Shown in pieces: positions 31,042 through 44,860 of a DNA stretch of 64,000 nucleotides (its first letter is position 1; every line of letters starts with the position of its first letter). Both the position numbers and the translations under genes were made by a program. A model generated the notes under the pieces. It was not told the DNA's origin, made no database searches, and worked only from the letters and a program-made list of their open reading frames with translations. Where the stretch lies: NCBI RefSeq assembly GCF_009914755.1, contig NC_060932.1, one strand, 5' to 3'. Source of the stretch: the human T2T-CHM13v2.0 reference genome, Homo sapiens.

Positions 31042-32029
31042 CTGATCAAATGTGTTTTATGTCACAAGTGTAAGCTTGGTTTACTCTAAAAGATCAAACA
31101 GTATAATTAACTATATTAATAGCATAATAGGGTAAAAACCAATATGATCATCTCACTAAGTGCAGAATAAGCATTTGAAAAGATCGTACATACATTTTTG
31201 ATAAAAACTCTTAGCAAATTAGAAGTAGAAGGCAAATCTCTCAATATGATAAAGGCCATCTATGAAAAAACTACAGCTAACATCATATTCTATGATTGAA
31301 AGTTGATATTCTCTCTTTGAAGATCTCAAAAGAATTTCTACTCTCACCTCTTCAAATGGACTTTCTATTGGAAGTCCTAGCCAGTGTGATATAACAATAA
31401 AACAAGTAAAAGACATACAGGTTGGAAAGGAAGAAATAAAATAGACTGTATGTGTAGACCTGATAATGCCTACAAAAAATCCTAAGAAACCTGGAAAAAG
31501 AAGCTATTAGAGCTAATATATGTATTTAGAAAGATCACAGATTACAGGGTCAAAAATCTAAAATTAGTTATATTTCTACATGCCAGAAGTGAGCAATTGA
31601 AAATCGAAATTAAAAACATCATAATTTATAATAATATCAAAAAATTAAATACATAGGAATAAATTTAACAATGCATGTGCATGCCCTCTATACTGGTAAT
31701 TACAAAACATTGCTGAAAGAAATTAAGTTAGACTTAAATAAAAGTAGAAATATGCCATGTTTATAATTTGGAACAATTAATGTATTTAAGATGTCAGTGA
31801 AATAAAATGTCAAATTCTTAGCAGGCTTTTATGTAGAATATGACAAGCTGATTTTAAAATTTGTATGGAAATTCAAAACACTAAGAAAAGCAATTTGAAA
31901 AAGGAGAAAAAAGTTGAAGGTCTTAACCCTCATCATTTCAAGACTTACAATCAAGTTTAAAAAACCAAGACAGTAGGATGTTATAAGAATAAACCATTGA
32001 TTAATAAAGCAGAATAAACTGATTCTATT

Positions 32030-32185
32030 TCTCTCTCTCTCTCTCTTCTCCATTGCTTTCTCTCTTCCTCTTTCTTTTCCTCCATCCCCCTCTGTTCCTC
32101 CTTCCTTCCCTCTTTCCCTCTCTTCAGTCCTCTCTTTGTCCCTCCCTTCTTTTCTCCCTCCTTTCCTCACTTCATCTCTTTATCT
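32030..32185. repeat. CT-rich low-complexity polypyrimidine tract
   Basis: Directly visible. Confidence 0.85.
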
Positions 32186-32789
32186 GCCTATCTATCTTAA
32201 ATTTATTTTTGATACAGGTGTTAAGAAAATTCAATGGGAAAAGTATAGTTTTTTCAATAAACCATGCTGAACAATTGGATACCTCTATTATGCTAAATGA
32301 AAAGCACTCCATTCACAAAAGCAATATTATACAATTCCACGTATATGAAATGTCCAGAATAGATAAACTGTAGAGACAGAATATGCATTAGTGGTTTTCC
32401 AGGGCTGGGCAGAAAAATGGGGGGGAAATGAGAAGTGATTGCTAACAAATATGCAATTTCTTTTTGGGGTGATGAAAATATTCTAAAATTGATTGTGTTG
32501 ATGGTTACACACTGTGAATATAATAAACACCATTGCATTGTACACTTCAGTGAATGAAATGTGTGATATATAAATTATATCTCAATAAAGCTGCTATATT
32601 AAAAAGAAAAGAAAAAAGGGTAGCATTTGATTAGATAGCACCCAGCAGTCATTAATTACTTCAACATAAACAATTTCAATTTGAGTTGAGAGAGGAGTTA
32701 TAGAAGCCAAATTATGTTGTTTGTTGCTAAAATAAAAAGGAAGTCGTTGAATACAATGAATGTAGACCTCTCATTTTAAAAAGTCTAAC

Positions 32790-33010
32790 TGCAATGAGTA
32801 AGCAAAGGCATACAGAATGATGTAATGGACTTTAGAGACTCAGAAGAGGGAGTTTGGGGAGGGGGCTAGGGATTGAAAACTACACATTATATACAATGTA
32901 CACTACTTGGGTGATAGGTGCATTAAAATCTCAGAATTCACCACCATATAATTCATCCATGTAACAAAAAACCACTTGAACTCCAAAAAGCTATTGAAGT
33001 AAGAAATATT
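32790..33010 (+). mobile_element. L1PB-type 3' end fragment
   Basis: GCAAAGGCATACAGA...TGGACTTTAGAGACTCAGAAG...TTCATCCATGTAAC...GCTATTGAA. Confidence 0.75.
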
Positions 33011-33599
33011 GTTAAAAGCCAAAAGAACAAATATTATAAAAATTAAAATGTCTAGCTGCAAAAAAAGTCATCTGGCAAGATTTGTACTAAATGGAATGAG
33101 ATAATAGGAGGTGAAAGGAAAAGAGAGAGAAGAATGCTGGTGGGAATGAGAGTTGACGGGGAAAGGTTTGAGGGGAAATGGAATCTAGAGAATGAAAAGG
33201 AATTAACCCTGGATGTTGACATTACCACTCTTCAACTGATATGAGAAGGAAGAAACAAAGAACACATGTTCTACCCTTGTGTTGCTCACAACTCAAGGAG
33301 TAGCAGTGTGTATCTTGCTGAGGAGACATTACTCGGAGATCTCTAAATCTCACAGCATTTGAATACTATCCACCCCGACACCTGGTGTGGTTGCATGCGT
33401 GTGCATGTGTGTGTGCATTGGTGTGTTGTAGTGAGGGAAACTATCCTTCTCAATGAGATGTTACTATGAAAAAATGACATTTCTCATGAGGAAACCTGAC
33501 AGCTTTGAAGGTATAGCATCTATGGGAGATTCTCAAACCAAACTTAGAGATTTTAAAACAGGGGCTACCAACTCAATGCCTACAAGGTTCAGATGGTTA

Positions 33600-33860
33600 A
33601 TAATAACACCCACAGTGTATTGAGCACATATTATATGCAGGCACCAGTCTAAGCACTTTATATTCATAAGCTTATTTAACCCTCACAACAATCTTATGAG
33701 GTAGGTACTCTTAACCTTACAAGACAGGTAGAGCATTGAGGCACACAAAGGTACAGGAAATCACCACGGACACAGAGTTAGCAAATATGTAGAGATGGGT
33801 GTCGCATCCAGGAAGTTTGACTGAGAGCACATGCTTCTCAGGAATGAAGCCATATTGCCT
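33600..33860 (-). mobile_element. MIR
   Basis: ATTGAGCAC...GGCAC...CTAAGCACTTTA...CTCACAACAATCTTATGAGGTAGGTACT. Confidence 0.75.
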
Positions 33861-35422
33861 CTCGGCAAAGAGATATAAACAAGGAAATGGTCTGGCCAGG
33901 GCCTACAGGAAAGAGAAGAACCTATGACTATGCTGGACCGAAGCAGCCATTACTTATGTTCAGCCCATTCCTGATGCACAAATGTGGGCCCAGTGTTCCC
34001 AGATCATAAGAGGAAGTTGCAATCTAAACTTATAAATAAAACTTCACAATTTTTAAACATTGGTGACTTATTTTTGAGTTCAAATATTATTGACAAACAT
34101 GTCAACAATTCAGATATGGCCCATGATGAGCCAGTGTGTGACCTCTGCTTTAAACAGAACTGTAGTCTGCTAAGGGTGTCCAAGATAAACAGGAGTATAC
34201 ATTCAAAACAGGAAGTTTGATAACTTCAGAAGCTTGATGTATGTGAAAACAGAATTTTTAAATGTACAGTATAAGGGGTAAAAGTACACACATTAAGAAA
34301 CAAGCAACCTAACAAATATGCATCAGGAAGAAAACTTGGTAATAGCCCAATACAAAGAGAAAAGGAAGACATTTTAAAATAACAAACACCACCAACAAGA
34401 ATGCTGGGCTGCTGCACTGACAAGGACAGTTGAGATGAGACATCACTCTCCAAGAAAGTTAAATGTGATCTGGAAGAATACATCTCTTGCTGTGAAAATC
34501 CTGTCCCACTTACATCAGACATACTGTATTCAGTGAGACATTAACAAGTAAACAGCAAATCCACATCTCACAGGGCCATTGGAAGAAGATGGGGAAAAAC
34601 GCAGATCGATGTGGGCCTAAATACATCCCATCTTTAATTATTTTAAAACTCTATCAGACTTTCTCCCAGGCAGATGCAACCAGGAAATGTAAATGGTTCT
34701 AGAAATCATTACCAAAATTTTTTTATTCTTAGTAATGTTGAATACTTTCCATCTATTTATTTGACATTTGAGTCATTATTTTGTGAATAATCTTTTCTTA
34801 TCCTTTGCCCATTTATCTATTTAAAATACCATTTTGACTATTGAGTTATTATAGCAATTCTTTTAAATGGCATCATGTAATACAAGTTATCATGCAGTGA
34901 AACTGGCATTCGCACCCATGACTGACACTTTGGAAAGCAATTTGATACGTGTGTCAAGACAGTTTTACATCTTTTTACTTGATAATATCACTTTTGGGAA
35001 TCTATGCTAACAAATTCACCTGAGACACAGAAAATAATGTTTTATGAACAAAGATATTCAACATAAGAGGTATTTATAAGAGTGCAAAACTGAAAACACA
35101 GTAGGTAATCTCATTCATTTTTTAAAAAAATAGCACAGGAAATGCTTAAAATATCTCATAAAAGAGGAAAGAAAAAGGATGTTCAGATCTATTACCGTGG
35201 CTGTGCAAATACACATAGAAAGATGACTAGAAGGAAAATATAAAACTATCAACAGATAGGATTATGGATGATTATTTTCTACTCTAATACATTTTTCATA
35301 TTCTCTTCAATGAATGTGTATCATTTTTAATCACACGCCATTATCTAACATGAAACCTGAAATGCCATAATTAGATGCATTTATTTACATCTTGAAAAAT
35401 TTGATAATCAACTCACATATAA

Positions 35423-35692
35423 GGCCAGGCACAGTGGCCCACACCTGTAATCCCAACAGTTTGGGAGGCTGAATGGGGAGGAGTTTTAGACCAGCCTGGG
35501 CAACATGGTAAGATCCCATCTCTACAAAAAAATTAAAAATCAGGCATATGGTGTGCACCTGTGGTCCCTGCTACTCAGGAGGCTGAGATGGGAGGATTAC
35601 TTGACCCCAGGAGTTTGAGGCTGCAGTGAGCCATGTTCCTGCCACCACACTTGAGGCTGAGTGACAGAGAAAGATGATGTCTCAAAAAAAAA
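35423..35692 (+). mobile_element. AluJ (internally deleted)
   Basis: GGCCAGGCACAGTGG...GGAGGATTACTTGACCCCAGGAGTTTGAGGCTGCAGTGAGC; A-tail. Confidence 0.9.
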
Positions 35693-37006
35693 TTCATGTA
35701 AAGATGGCTTGACAATGGATGAATGGATGCCTTAGTTATATAAATGGCAAGTGGAAAGTGGTAGGTAGCAGGTAAGTAGCAGAAATTTTCTTTGAGGATG
35801 TATCAATTAAGGACCCCATTTGCAATGAATAGAAACACTCTATTTACCTGCTGCATACATAATGAAAGCTGTCACTGGAGCAGCTGCCACTGCAAGTTGG
35901 GTATTTTTTCTGCAGAGCACAAATGGTCTCATCTTCATCTCATTACTAGCTTCTGAGTCAATATCTGAAGCGGGCACATCTGATAGGTGGATCCAAAGTA
36001 ACATGCTTAATCCAAACTGCAAAGGGGACTACAAAGTGAGTAGAAAGTGAGTTTCTAAGCATTTTAGTTTCTATCTGCGGGAAGGGGTGTCTATCTCAGG
36101 TGGGGAAATTCCCCAAACTCAGGAAGGAGGTTCCTGTACTATGGCAAAAAGGACAAATGCCCAATATAGAAGATGTATCACTCAGGACCTGTAAAGGGAG
36201 CTCTATCTTGCTCCACTGGATGCCTTGCATGTATCCATTCAAACAAGGGTCAGACCACAGCTTTTCTGAGTCTCAGCAGAAGAACTTACTATTCTCCAGG
36301 AACACGACAGAATAGAAACAACTATGAGGCTATCTAACACTTGCCTTCCGATTCCTGCTACTTGTCTCCTTGGGTTTCTGATGAAGTGTGGGCTTCCGTA
36401 TCATCCTCAGAATAGAGGTGTAGAATATAAAATTTCTTAGCTGGCATCTAGAATTAATTTCTCAGAAACAGGATATCTCACACCTAGTGATTCATCTGAA
36501 TTTTTGCTTTTTTAAATCATAAATTTTATTTTTATTAGTTTTTAACACACAAAAGTCTACATAATTAGCATATACAACTTGATGAGGCTAGGGATAAGTG
36601 TACACCTATGAAAATATCACCACAATCTGTGCCATAAGCCATCCATCTTTTTTGGCTAGCAACTATGACACTCTTCTTTTTGTTCTCTATACTGTATGAG
36701 CAATAAATTGTCGAAATATAAAGTGGCTCATTGTTTCTTTACAGGTCAAATCCCTTAGGCCTTGGTTTTGGCCTTACCTTGTCTTTCATATGTGTCCAAC
36801 CTAAGCCAGCTCAAACAAGAAAATTTATTGAGCTGTTGAACTGAAAACTGGATCCAGGAGCTCAAATGAATTTATCATGGTACAGTTTCTCTTCTCATTA
36901 CAGATTCTGTTATCTTCAGTTTGGCTTTTCTCTCCAGAAAGTCTAGCTCTACAAGATGGTCTCTGGCATATCTAGGTTCAAGAAATCCTTAGAGCACCAA
37001 TCCAGT

Positions 37007-37255
37007 GGAAAGAGTTTATCTTTCCCAAACATTGCTACAGCACAGGAACCTCAGAATTTAATCTCTCAGGATGGATCTGGATCATGAATAGAATATGAAA
37101 ACTGGTCAGGGCTCCACTATGTTCTTACCCTTGGAGGCAACAACAGAATTTTTCCTACCCAAACTACACAGACTGAGATTAGGGAAATGGGACTCGTTAA
37201 AGGAAATGCAAAGTCCTATAACCAGAAGGGGAAAATACATGCTCAACAAGCAAAC
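37007..37255 (+). repeat. Donor copy of a 249-bp dispersed direct duplication (within an old MLT1-like LTR remnant)
   Basis: Aligns without gaps to 38865-39113 with about 9 mismatches by eye. Confidence 0.95.
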
Positions 37256-37624
37256 CACCGATGTTCACCTCAAAGGATAACTTCTGAGGTTGTTACCAGC
37301 TTACATCATGTTGAGGTGCAGTTGAAAGGGAGACTGTGTTGAACTTTACAGGAATTAGATGTAGTAAATAATAGGTGGGGGTGGACATGAAAGAATGAGG
37401 AGGAGAGAGAAGAAGAAGAAGGCTAATGAATAAGTAGGAAGCCAGAAAACACTGACTTTATAAATATTCCCAATGTCTGCTGGCACTGACCTAGACTAAC
37501 AGAAGGGGTCAAGGTACCACTCATTCCATGATGCACATGTAAGAGCCTATCCTAATGCAGGTAAATAGGTAGATATTTGAGAAGTCAGAAATAAAACATA
37601 TGCACCAGGCAAACATTTGCAAGA

Positions 37625-37790
37625 GATGCCTTATAATCATGCATAGGAATTACCTGGGGTCTTGGTTAAAGGCAAACTCTGATTCAGTAGGTTTGAGGTG
37701 AGACCAGTGATGCTTCATCTCTAACAAGCATACAGGTGGTGCTGAGGCTGCTGGTCCACACTGGTAGCAACAATCTAAGTGGCAAAACTT
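37625..37790. mobile_element. MER5A-like MITE
   Basis: GAATTACCTGGGG..CTTGGTTAAA...CTGATTCAGTAGGTTTGAGGTG...TAACAAGC. Confidence 0.65.
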
Positions 37791-38864
37791 AGATGTGCTA
37801 TTCGTTATTCACAGCTTCACAGGTGATGCAAATCAAATCCTGCTTTTTGTTGTTGCTGTTTTTTATCTTTCTGCTTGGGATTCATAGACCCAAGAGCACA
37901 GATATGATTGGCCTAACTTGGGTCATATGGTCACCTCTTGGCTAAGGAGCATTAATGAATGCATGGATAGGAGAAAGGTATTTCCCCAAAGGCAAAATTG
38001 CTCTGCTGGTACAATGAGAAGAAATAGTGGCTACTGAATGGTTCTGCAGGGGCATAGGTTGTAAGGTGCACAGCAGGAATCTGAAAACAGATCACCAGAC
38101 CAAGACTCTTCCACAGCTGCCCGAGAATATCATACCTAGAGTGATATGATGTATCTAAAACAGTACTGCATGACCTATTCACAGCCCATTTTCAAACATT
38201 TCTGTCTGCACTACTGAAGGGGCTAAAAGGCACAAACTGCCTTTGAAGTACCCAGCAAGAATTACAAACCAATCACGATGACAGGACCAAAGGTACCTGC
38301 ATCTACACAAGCGTGCACTGTTACCACACTGGACTGGGTAACAGTTCACTGGGTTGTTCCTGTCTGGAAGAAACTGTTCATTGCCCCCAGGAGAGTTCTA
38401 TTTTGTACTCATAAGGCAAAATTGTCTTTTGCGGCTGTAAAGAAACTCTCTTAGTTGCCAGCTTAACCATATGCTACACCTCCTACCTCTTACAACTCTT
38501 TGTTAAATCCCATGACCTTCTCAGGCAAAGGTTCCATCTGGCAGAATTGCTAAAACCACAAAAACAAAAAAGCCAGCAGCAACATTAAAGAAGGACAGTT
38601 TTATGGATGTATCTTGTGTGTAGATGCTTCTCTAAGATTTTACATGTATTGTTTCTTTTACGATGCAATATGTGATTTTGCACTGGTCAATTTAGCTGAG
38701 CTGGGTCTTCACTTCCCAGATTCCTTTACCCATATAGTTCCAGTTTAAGTTCAGCCACGGGCAAATCTGAGTGAGATTTGGTGAGGTGGAAGTGAAGGGA
38801 TAGCCATTACACTCTGGTCATTGTTGATTTGAGGTGGTGAGGGACAGTTGCAAAGGTGATGGTG

Positions 38865-39113
38865 GGAAAGAGTTTATCTTTCCCAAACATTCCAACAGGA
38901 CAAGAACCTCAGAATTTAATCTCTCAGGATGGATCTGGATCATGAATAGAATATGAAAACTGGTCAGGGCTCCACCATGTTCTTACCCTTGGAGGTGACA
39001 ACAGAATTTTTCCTACCCAAACTACACAGACTGAGATTGGGTAAATGGGACTCGTTAAAGGAAATGCAAAGTCCTATAACCAGAAGGGGAAAATACATGC
39101 TCAACAAGCAAAC
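38865..39113 (+). repeat. Second copy of the 249-bp duplication, inserted in a different ERVL-like LTR remnant
   Basis: Offset 1858 bp from copy 1; flanks unrelated; no poly(A) or TSD. Confidence 0.95.
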
Positions 39114-39195
39114 TGGCCTATTCTTGATTTTTCCTGCTCCATGCCTGGTTCTTTGTCCAAACTGCTGGACTTGCTGACCAAAAGTTACCACAGGC

Positions 39196-39373
39196 CAGGG
39201 TTGCTAGATTTAGCAATAAAAATACAGGAATATTCAGCTAAATTTGAATTTCAGATAAGTAGCATTTTTTAAAGCGTGAGTATATTCCATGCAATATTTA
39301 TTCCATGGAATAAATTTGTTGTTTATCTGAAATTCAAATTTAACAGGACATCCTGTAGTTTCTCTGGACCCTA
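39196..39373. mobile_element. MER53-like palindromic hAT MITE
   Basis: AGGGTTGCTAGATTTAGCAA..AAATACAGGA; internal inverted repeat AAATTTGAATTTCAGATAA / TTATCTGAAATTCAAATTT. Confidence 0.8.
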
Positions 39374-40252
39374 ACACAGGCATACCTCGAGGTGTTTTAC
39401 TGAGAACTCAGAGAGGCAGCAGCGGCAAAGAGCCAACCACCATCACTTCATGGGCTTCTACGGCAGCTGGATGTACCTCGCTTCTGGAAACCTCCCACCC
39501 ATTCACCATGCCAGGGCTGGTTCACAAGTTTCTTCCAATGCTTTTCAGAACTTTATTTCCCCAGATTCTTCCCATGGTTGTGTAAGGTTGAATTCCTGCA
39601 ATGCATGCTTTATTCCATAACACTCAGGAGGTTTTACTTCCCTGATTACATGCTAACTAATACTCGATATGACTTAAAGAGAAAAGTGCTATTATTCCTA
39701 CTTCACAAGAAAAGAAAATGCAGCACAAAGAGGTAAAGCTACATGCCCAAAGCCGCGCAACTGATAAGCAGTGGAACTAGAACTCAAGCCCAGGAAGTCT
39801 GATGTAATAGCTGAATTAACTTCCATAGCATATTGCCATAGCAGTTTTTATATGTAGACACAAGTATTATATAACTGTCATATCAGTATATATAAAGATA
39901 TAACTAATGTATATCATATATATCATATAATGCATGCATTTTGTTAGTAGTATATAAGTTTGTATATATAAACTATAGAACTGATTAGATAGATATAAAC
40001 ATATAAATATTTACCCTATATATAAAATTTAGCTCCAGAATTTCATAGAAGCTGGTTTTTCAATGTTTTCCCTGGTGGATATCAAAAAATGCCAACTGTG
40101 TGCAATTGAAAATTCTCAATTGTATACAGTTAGTATTTTGATATCTGCTAGTGACAACAGTTGAAAAACCAGTTTCTATAAAACACTGGAGCCAAACTGT
40201 CATATAAACAAAAAGATGAGTGGATCTGCTTCTTTGGATAATATTGGTTATT

Positions 40253-40254
<2 letters not shown>

Positions 40255-40283
<29 letters not shown>
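40255..40283. repeat. (CA)n microsatellite
   Basis: Directly visible. Confidence 0.95.
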
Positions 40284-40287
<4 letters not shown>

Positions 40288-41079
40288 AAAAACAGAAAGA
40301 GATTGAGCTCATTAACGTTCAAATGAGGATCCATTTGAACAGAGAAGGTTAATGAGTACACAGTGTGGGAGGAGCCCTGAGATAGTTTAAGGCCATGAAA
40401 CAAATGCAATGTTTAGAAGAAAATGATAGATAATTCCACTTAATGAGTACACAGCAGACTAATTATTGCAATGAAAAATGTTTAATTAAAAAGAAGTCTG
40501 CTTTCTAATGATTATACTGACTGTAAACCAGTTTAAAAAATCCCAAAGACAGCTAAAGACAATATATATAAAGACTGCAGGGAAAGTTTACACAAAGAAG
40601 ATAAGTATATTTGTTTATTATTATGGTTTAAAGTTAGCATTCTAGCAATCCTGGCCTCTTTTAATACAATGTTTCCTGATCTCTTAAGAAAACACCCAGT
40701 TGAACATGGGAGAAGAGATTACTTGGAAACAAAAGAAAGTCATAGCAGAATCATTTTAATAAATTTTAATATTAATTCAGAGAAAATATATTTTAACACA
40801 AATTTGTTTTAAAAATGTGAAATTATAGCAAATTCCATTCAGGTCATTAGTGACAGAATCCATTCATGGAATCAAAATATCAAGGAAGCCTATACAGCTC
40901 CAGTTTGCGGTGGGACTTGAGAAAGACAGATAAAGAATATTTTCACATTCTGCTTCACTTCAACAACCACCAGTGTCTCGATGGACAGGGCATGCAACTG
41001 GAAGAGAGTAGAACTAGGAGTTTCAAGACAGGGCTGCAAAATGTGACTCTTTCTGCCTCTGATTTCTCTGTGAGCATAA

Positions 41080-41119
<40 letters not shown>
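41080..41119. repeat. Compound (TG)n(GA)n microsatellite
   Basis: Directly visible. Confidence 0.95.
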
Positions 41120-41245
41120 CAGAGTATGGATAGTGTTATCAGTTATCAATTTCAGTCTGGGGGAATCCATAATCATTCATTTTCTGGGCCTTTTCTTCCC
41201 TTGACTTGCCCACTTCTCTTCCCCTTCCCAGACAAATAGAGAGAA

Positions 41246-41623
41246 TGGTGTGCTGGGGTCAGCCTGTACCAACTCATGAGAGCTGTCAAATTTTTAAGTA
41301 AACTTGAAAGCTGCCTATGACAAAATTTATAGCCATCATTAAAGTTTAAATTATATACATTTACAAGTAGATAAATTATAAAGTAATAAATATTCAAACT
41401 CAACAATTTTGAATTTTTCCCTGGAGCTTACCTACACCTGTCATTTCTGTAGAGTGTATGTACTACTGCACACCTCTTTGTAATTCCACCCTCAGTGACT
41501 TCACATCAGTAGCTTGAAATTGACAATGGCAGAAATATTCACACCACAGAATCAGCAGGTGCTAGAATTTAGAGCTCCCCTCTACCCCCAGTGGTTGTTA
41601 AACATTTACCAACACATCACTGG
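41246..41623. mobile_element. MER63-like hAT-Blackjack element
   Basis: Degenerate TIRs TGGTGTGCTGG... / ...TTTACCAACACATCACTGG. Confidence 0.65.
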
Positions 41624-43204
41624 ATAGAGGCCATCATGGGGAACTGAGCCATGGTGGGTAGATTCTATGTTTAGAGGGTGGCACTTAAGCTCTGACTGCT
41701 GTTGGAGCAGAGGGAACTGATAAGAGATGAGTCTGCAGAAGAAAACCCAAACAGATGTGAGATCAGTGCACTGGTATTCTGAAGAAGCCAGTGAGAGAGA
41801 AGTCAAGGCTCTGGCTAGGAGCTGTTGAGATGAGAATTTAGAAAACCCAACAAAAGCAGAATGTACAAAAAAGTAGACAGATGGTGAAACCACAGAAAAA
41901 TTATTCAACTGAGTAGTTCAGCATGTTTTATCATTTGGGTATTAGACATGGACAAGGGAGAAGCATTTTGAAGCAGGTACACTGATTTCCACATTTATCT
42001 TGCATCACTTCAAACACAATTCTGTTCTTCTGAAATTACTTCTTTTCTCTCTATTCAAAGCTCTCTAACCCTCAATATGTGATCCGCATTTAAAAAGAAA
42101 GAAACTGGATTAAAATAATTTACACTGAGATATAATTAACATTCCTGAATACTAGGATCAATGTTCACACACACACACACATACACACACACACACAGAA
42201 AGAGAGAAAGGGGGGGGGGTGTTGCTAGAATAGCTTTCATTGATAAAAACTATTGGAAATAGAATTAGCAGCAGATCGATAGGTTCCTAGTTGTAGCATA
42301 ACCATGCGTAAGAGTCAGATGACCCCAAATTTTGAGCTGTGAAGTTTTAATCATGCTACGTTATTAGAGAACCATTGTTTCCCCTTCCTTTGTGAGATTA
42401 TCTGCTATGATGTGGCAGACACTTGGCTCCAACTGTATCCTGCTTGTTTATTATTCATGTGTAGTAAGAAACAGTCTCTGTCCTGGGCATTGAGGTCTAA
42501 GCCTCGTAGTTTCAGTTATTTGATATATCAAACTAGCAGTAGGAATTGCACCATCAGGGTTTATGGTTGGAGACACATCAGTCTTCCCCTGGCATGATCG
42601 AGGGTTGGAGCTCAAGCCTTGCATTCAACTAGGATTGATCACCCTGAGAACTGGGACATAACCAGCTAGCACAGAGTTTGCACAAAGTCAGCTCCTTTTC
42701 TGGGAGGTCAGTCTGCAGGGGATCATTCTTGGACAAGTTTCTCCTTCTTTTTCATTGACACATATACCCCGGATTCCTCAAGAGATTCTTGGAATGTAAT
42801 TGATGAGTTAATCAACACAGAATAATCTATATTAGATGACAGTTCAAGTAGTTTTCTTTTTTTAAAAAAAAAAAGAAGCCAAGACAGATAGGTCTTCTGC
42901 TGTCTTTTCCTCTGTCTTGTAGAACCCCTCATTGCCACCAGAACAGTTCTTCACACTTTAAAAACACCCAAGACAGGGATAACAGACATTTTTCCCCAGT
43001 GTCAACTGCTCCAAGGAAAAGTATGCTACAATTGATTACTGATGTCTGTCATGGGTATAGGGGTAAAAGGTTGTATGACACATGCTATATGTTGGTCATT
43101 TTACCTGTCTTTTTGGCAAATTATTCTTCTCACCTTAAAAATCATATTTTTTAGGCATCTGTCTCCTTAAAAACCACAAGTTAGACAAGGGAATGTTATT
43201 CAAT

Positions 43205-43705
43205 GATAGAAAGAAATGAACTAAGTCATGAAAAGACATGAAGGAAACAAATGCTTATTATTAAGTGAAAGAAGCTAATGTGAAAAGGCAACATACTGTA
43301 TAACTCTTTATGATGTTCTAGAAAAGGCAAAACTATGGAGACAAAAAAAAATCAGTAGTTGGGAGCAGGAGAAAAAAAGAGTGAATGGGTGGAGCACAGA
43401 GGATTTTTAGGGCAGTGAAACTACTATGTCTGATACTATAATGGTAAATACATATGTCCAAACTCATACAATGTACAAAACCAAGAGTGAACCCTTATGC
43501 AAACTATGGACTTTGGGTGATAATGATGTGTGAATACAGGTTCATCATTTGTAACAAATGTAACGACTCTGGTGGGGAATGTTGATAATGGAGTTGGCTA
43601 TTCATGTCAGGGGGAACGGGGTATAGGAGAAATCTCTGTACCTTCCACTCACTTTTGCTGTAAAACTAAAACTGCTCTTAAAAATGAAGTCTTTTTTTTA
43701 AAAAA
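43205..43705 (+). mobile_element. L1MC-type 3' end
   Basis: GAAAAGGCAAAACTATGGAGAC...CCAAGAGTGAACCC...AAAACTAAAACTGCTCT. Confidence 0.85.
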
Positions 43706-44167
43706 GAATAAAGGTCCAACAAGTTACTGATCTCTGCTATGATGTTTCCAACGGTTATGCCCTCATGTGTGATATAGTTAAAGGAAAATTAGCTAAATAG
43801 GCCGTATCTATCCTTGGAAAATTTTGTAGTTAGGCCAAATGTGGTTATGTCTAAGGCTTGAAAAACATTGATAGAACAAATTCACTGGGGAAAGATTTAT
43901 TTCTCTCTTCTGGTGAGACAATGCTAAGTGTGAAATTGGCCATCTGAAATGTGATTTCCTCTGTAAAAGTAATGGCAACACCTGTTCCCTCTTGCCGTTG
44001 TAAACACCAATGCATTTCTTTATTTTATAGATTCCAAAGTCATTTTCTGTTGGATAAATTTAAACAATTACCAAAATGAAGAGGCAACATAATGTATATT
44101 TCAGGAATAATTTTTATGATGTGTACATTATTAGTAATGATGGTTAGCATTTATTGAGTGCTTACTA

Positions 44168-44518
<351 letters not shown>

Positions 44519-44860
44519 TTACCAAAATAACTGAGTACTCACTAAATATTTATTATGACATCTTATTTGTGAGCATTCTACAATTGAAATCACATCCTCT
44601 AATTCATTTTGCCTCACAATAACCTCAAAGGTGGATAAAGACAGGAAAATAAACCCCATTTTATGGATGAGGAATGCGCCTTAGGAAGGTTAAATAATTC
44701 GTTCAAGCTAAGCAAGTCTTTTCTCCAAAGTTTGTAAATTTACCCCCTCTCCATACTACTTTCCAATTTAGTTGCTGGTTTCAACATTTGTGTACCAATT
44801 TATTCTTTATGTAGCACCCTGAGTTACCTCTTTAAAGTGTGGGCTTCATAAGGTCACTCC

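Larger units (their letters stand above)
28400..32615 (+). mobile_element. Ancient L1M (ORF2 remnants plus L1MB-like 3' end) interrupted by Tigger7 and MER11
   Basis: A-rich degenerate ORF2 motifs (ACAAATTACAAATATCAGGAAT, AAAACTCTTAGCAAATTAG, GGAAGTCCTAGCCAGTG) and 3' end ATTATATCTCAATAAAGCTG. Confidence 0.75.

Noticed and set aside
37095-39177. Two near-identical small ORFs (MKTGQGSTMFLPLE...) suggesting paralogous peptides
   Set aside because: They simply reflect the 249-bp duplication of decayed LTR sequence; no promoter, splice or family support.
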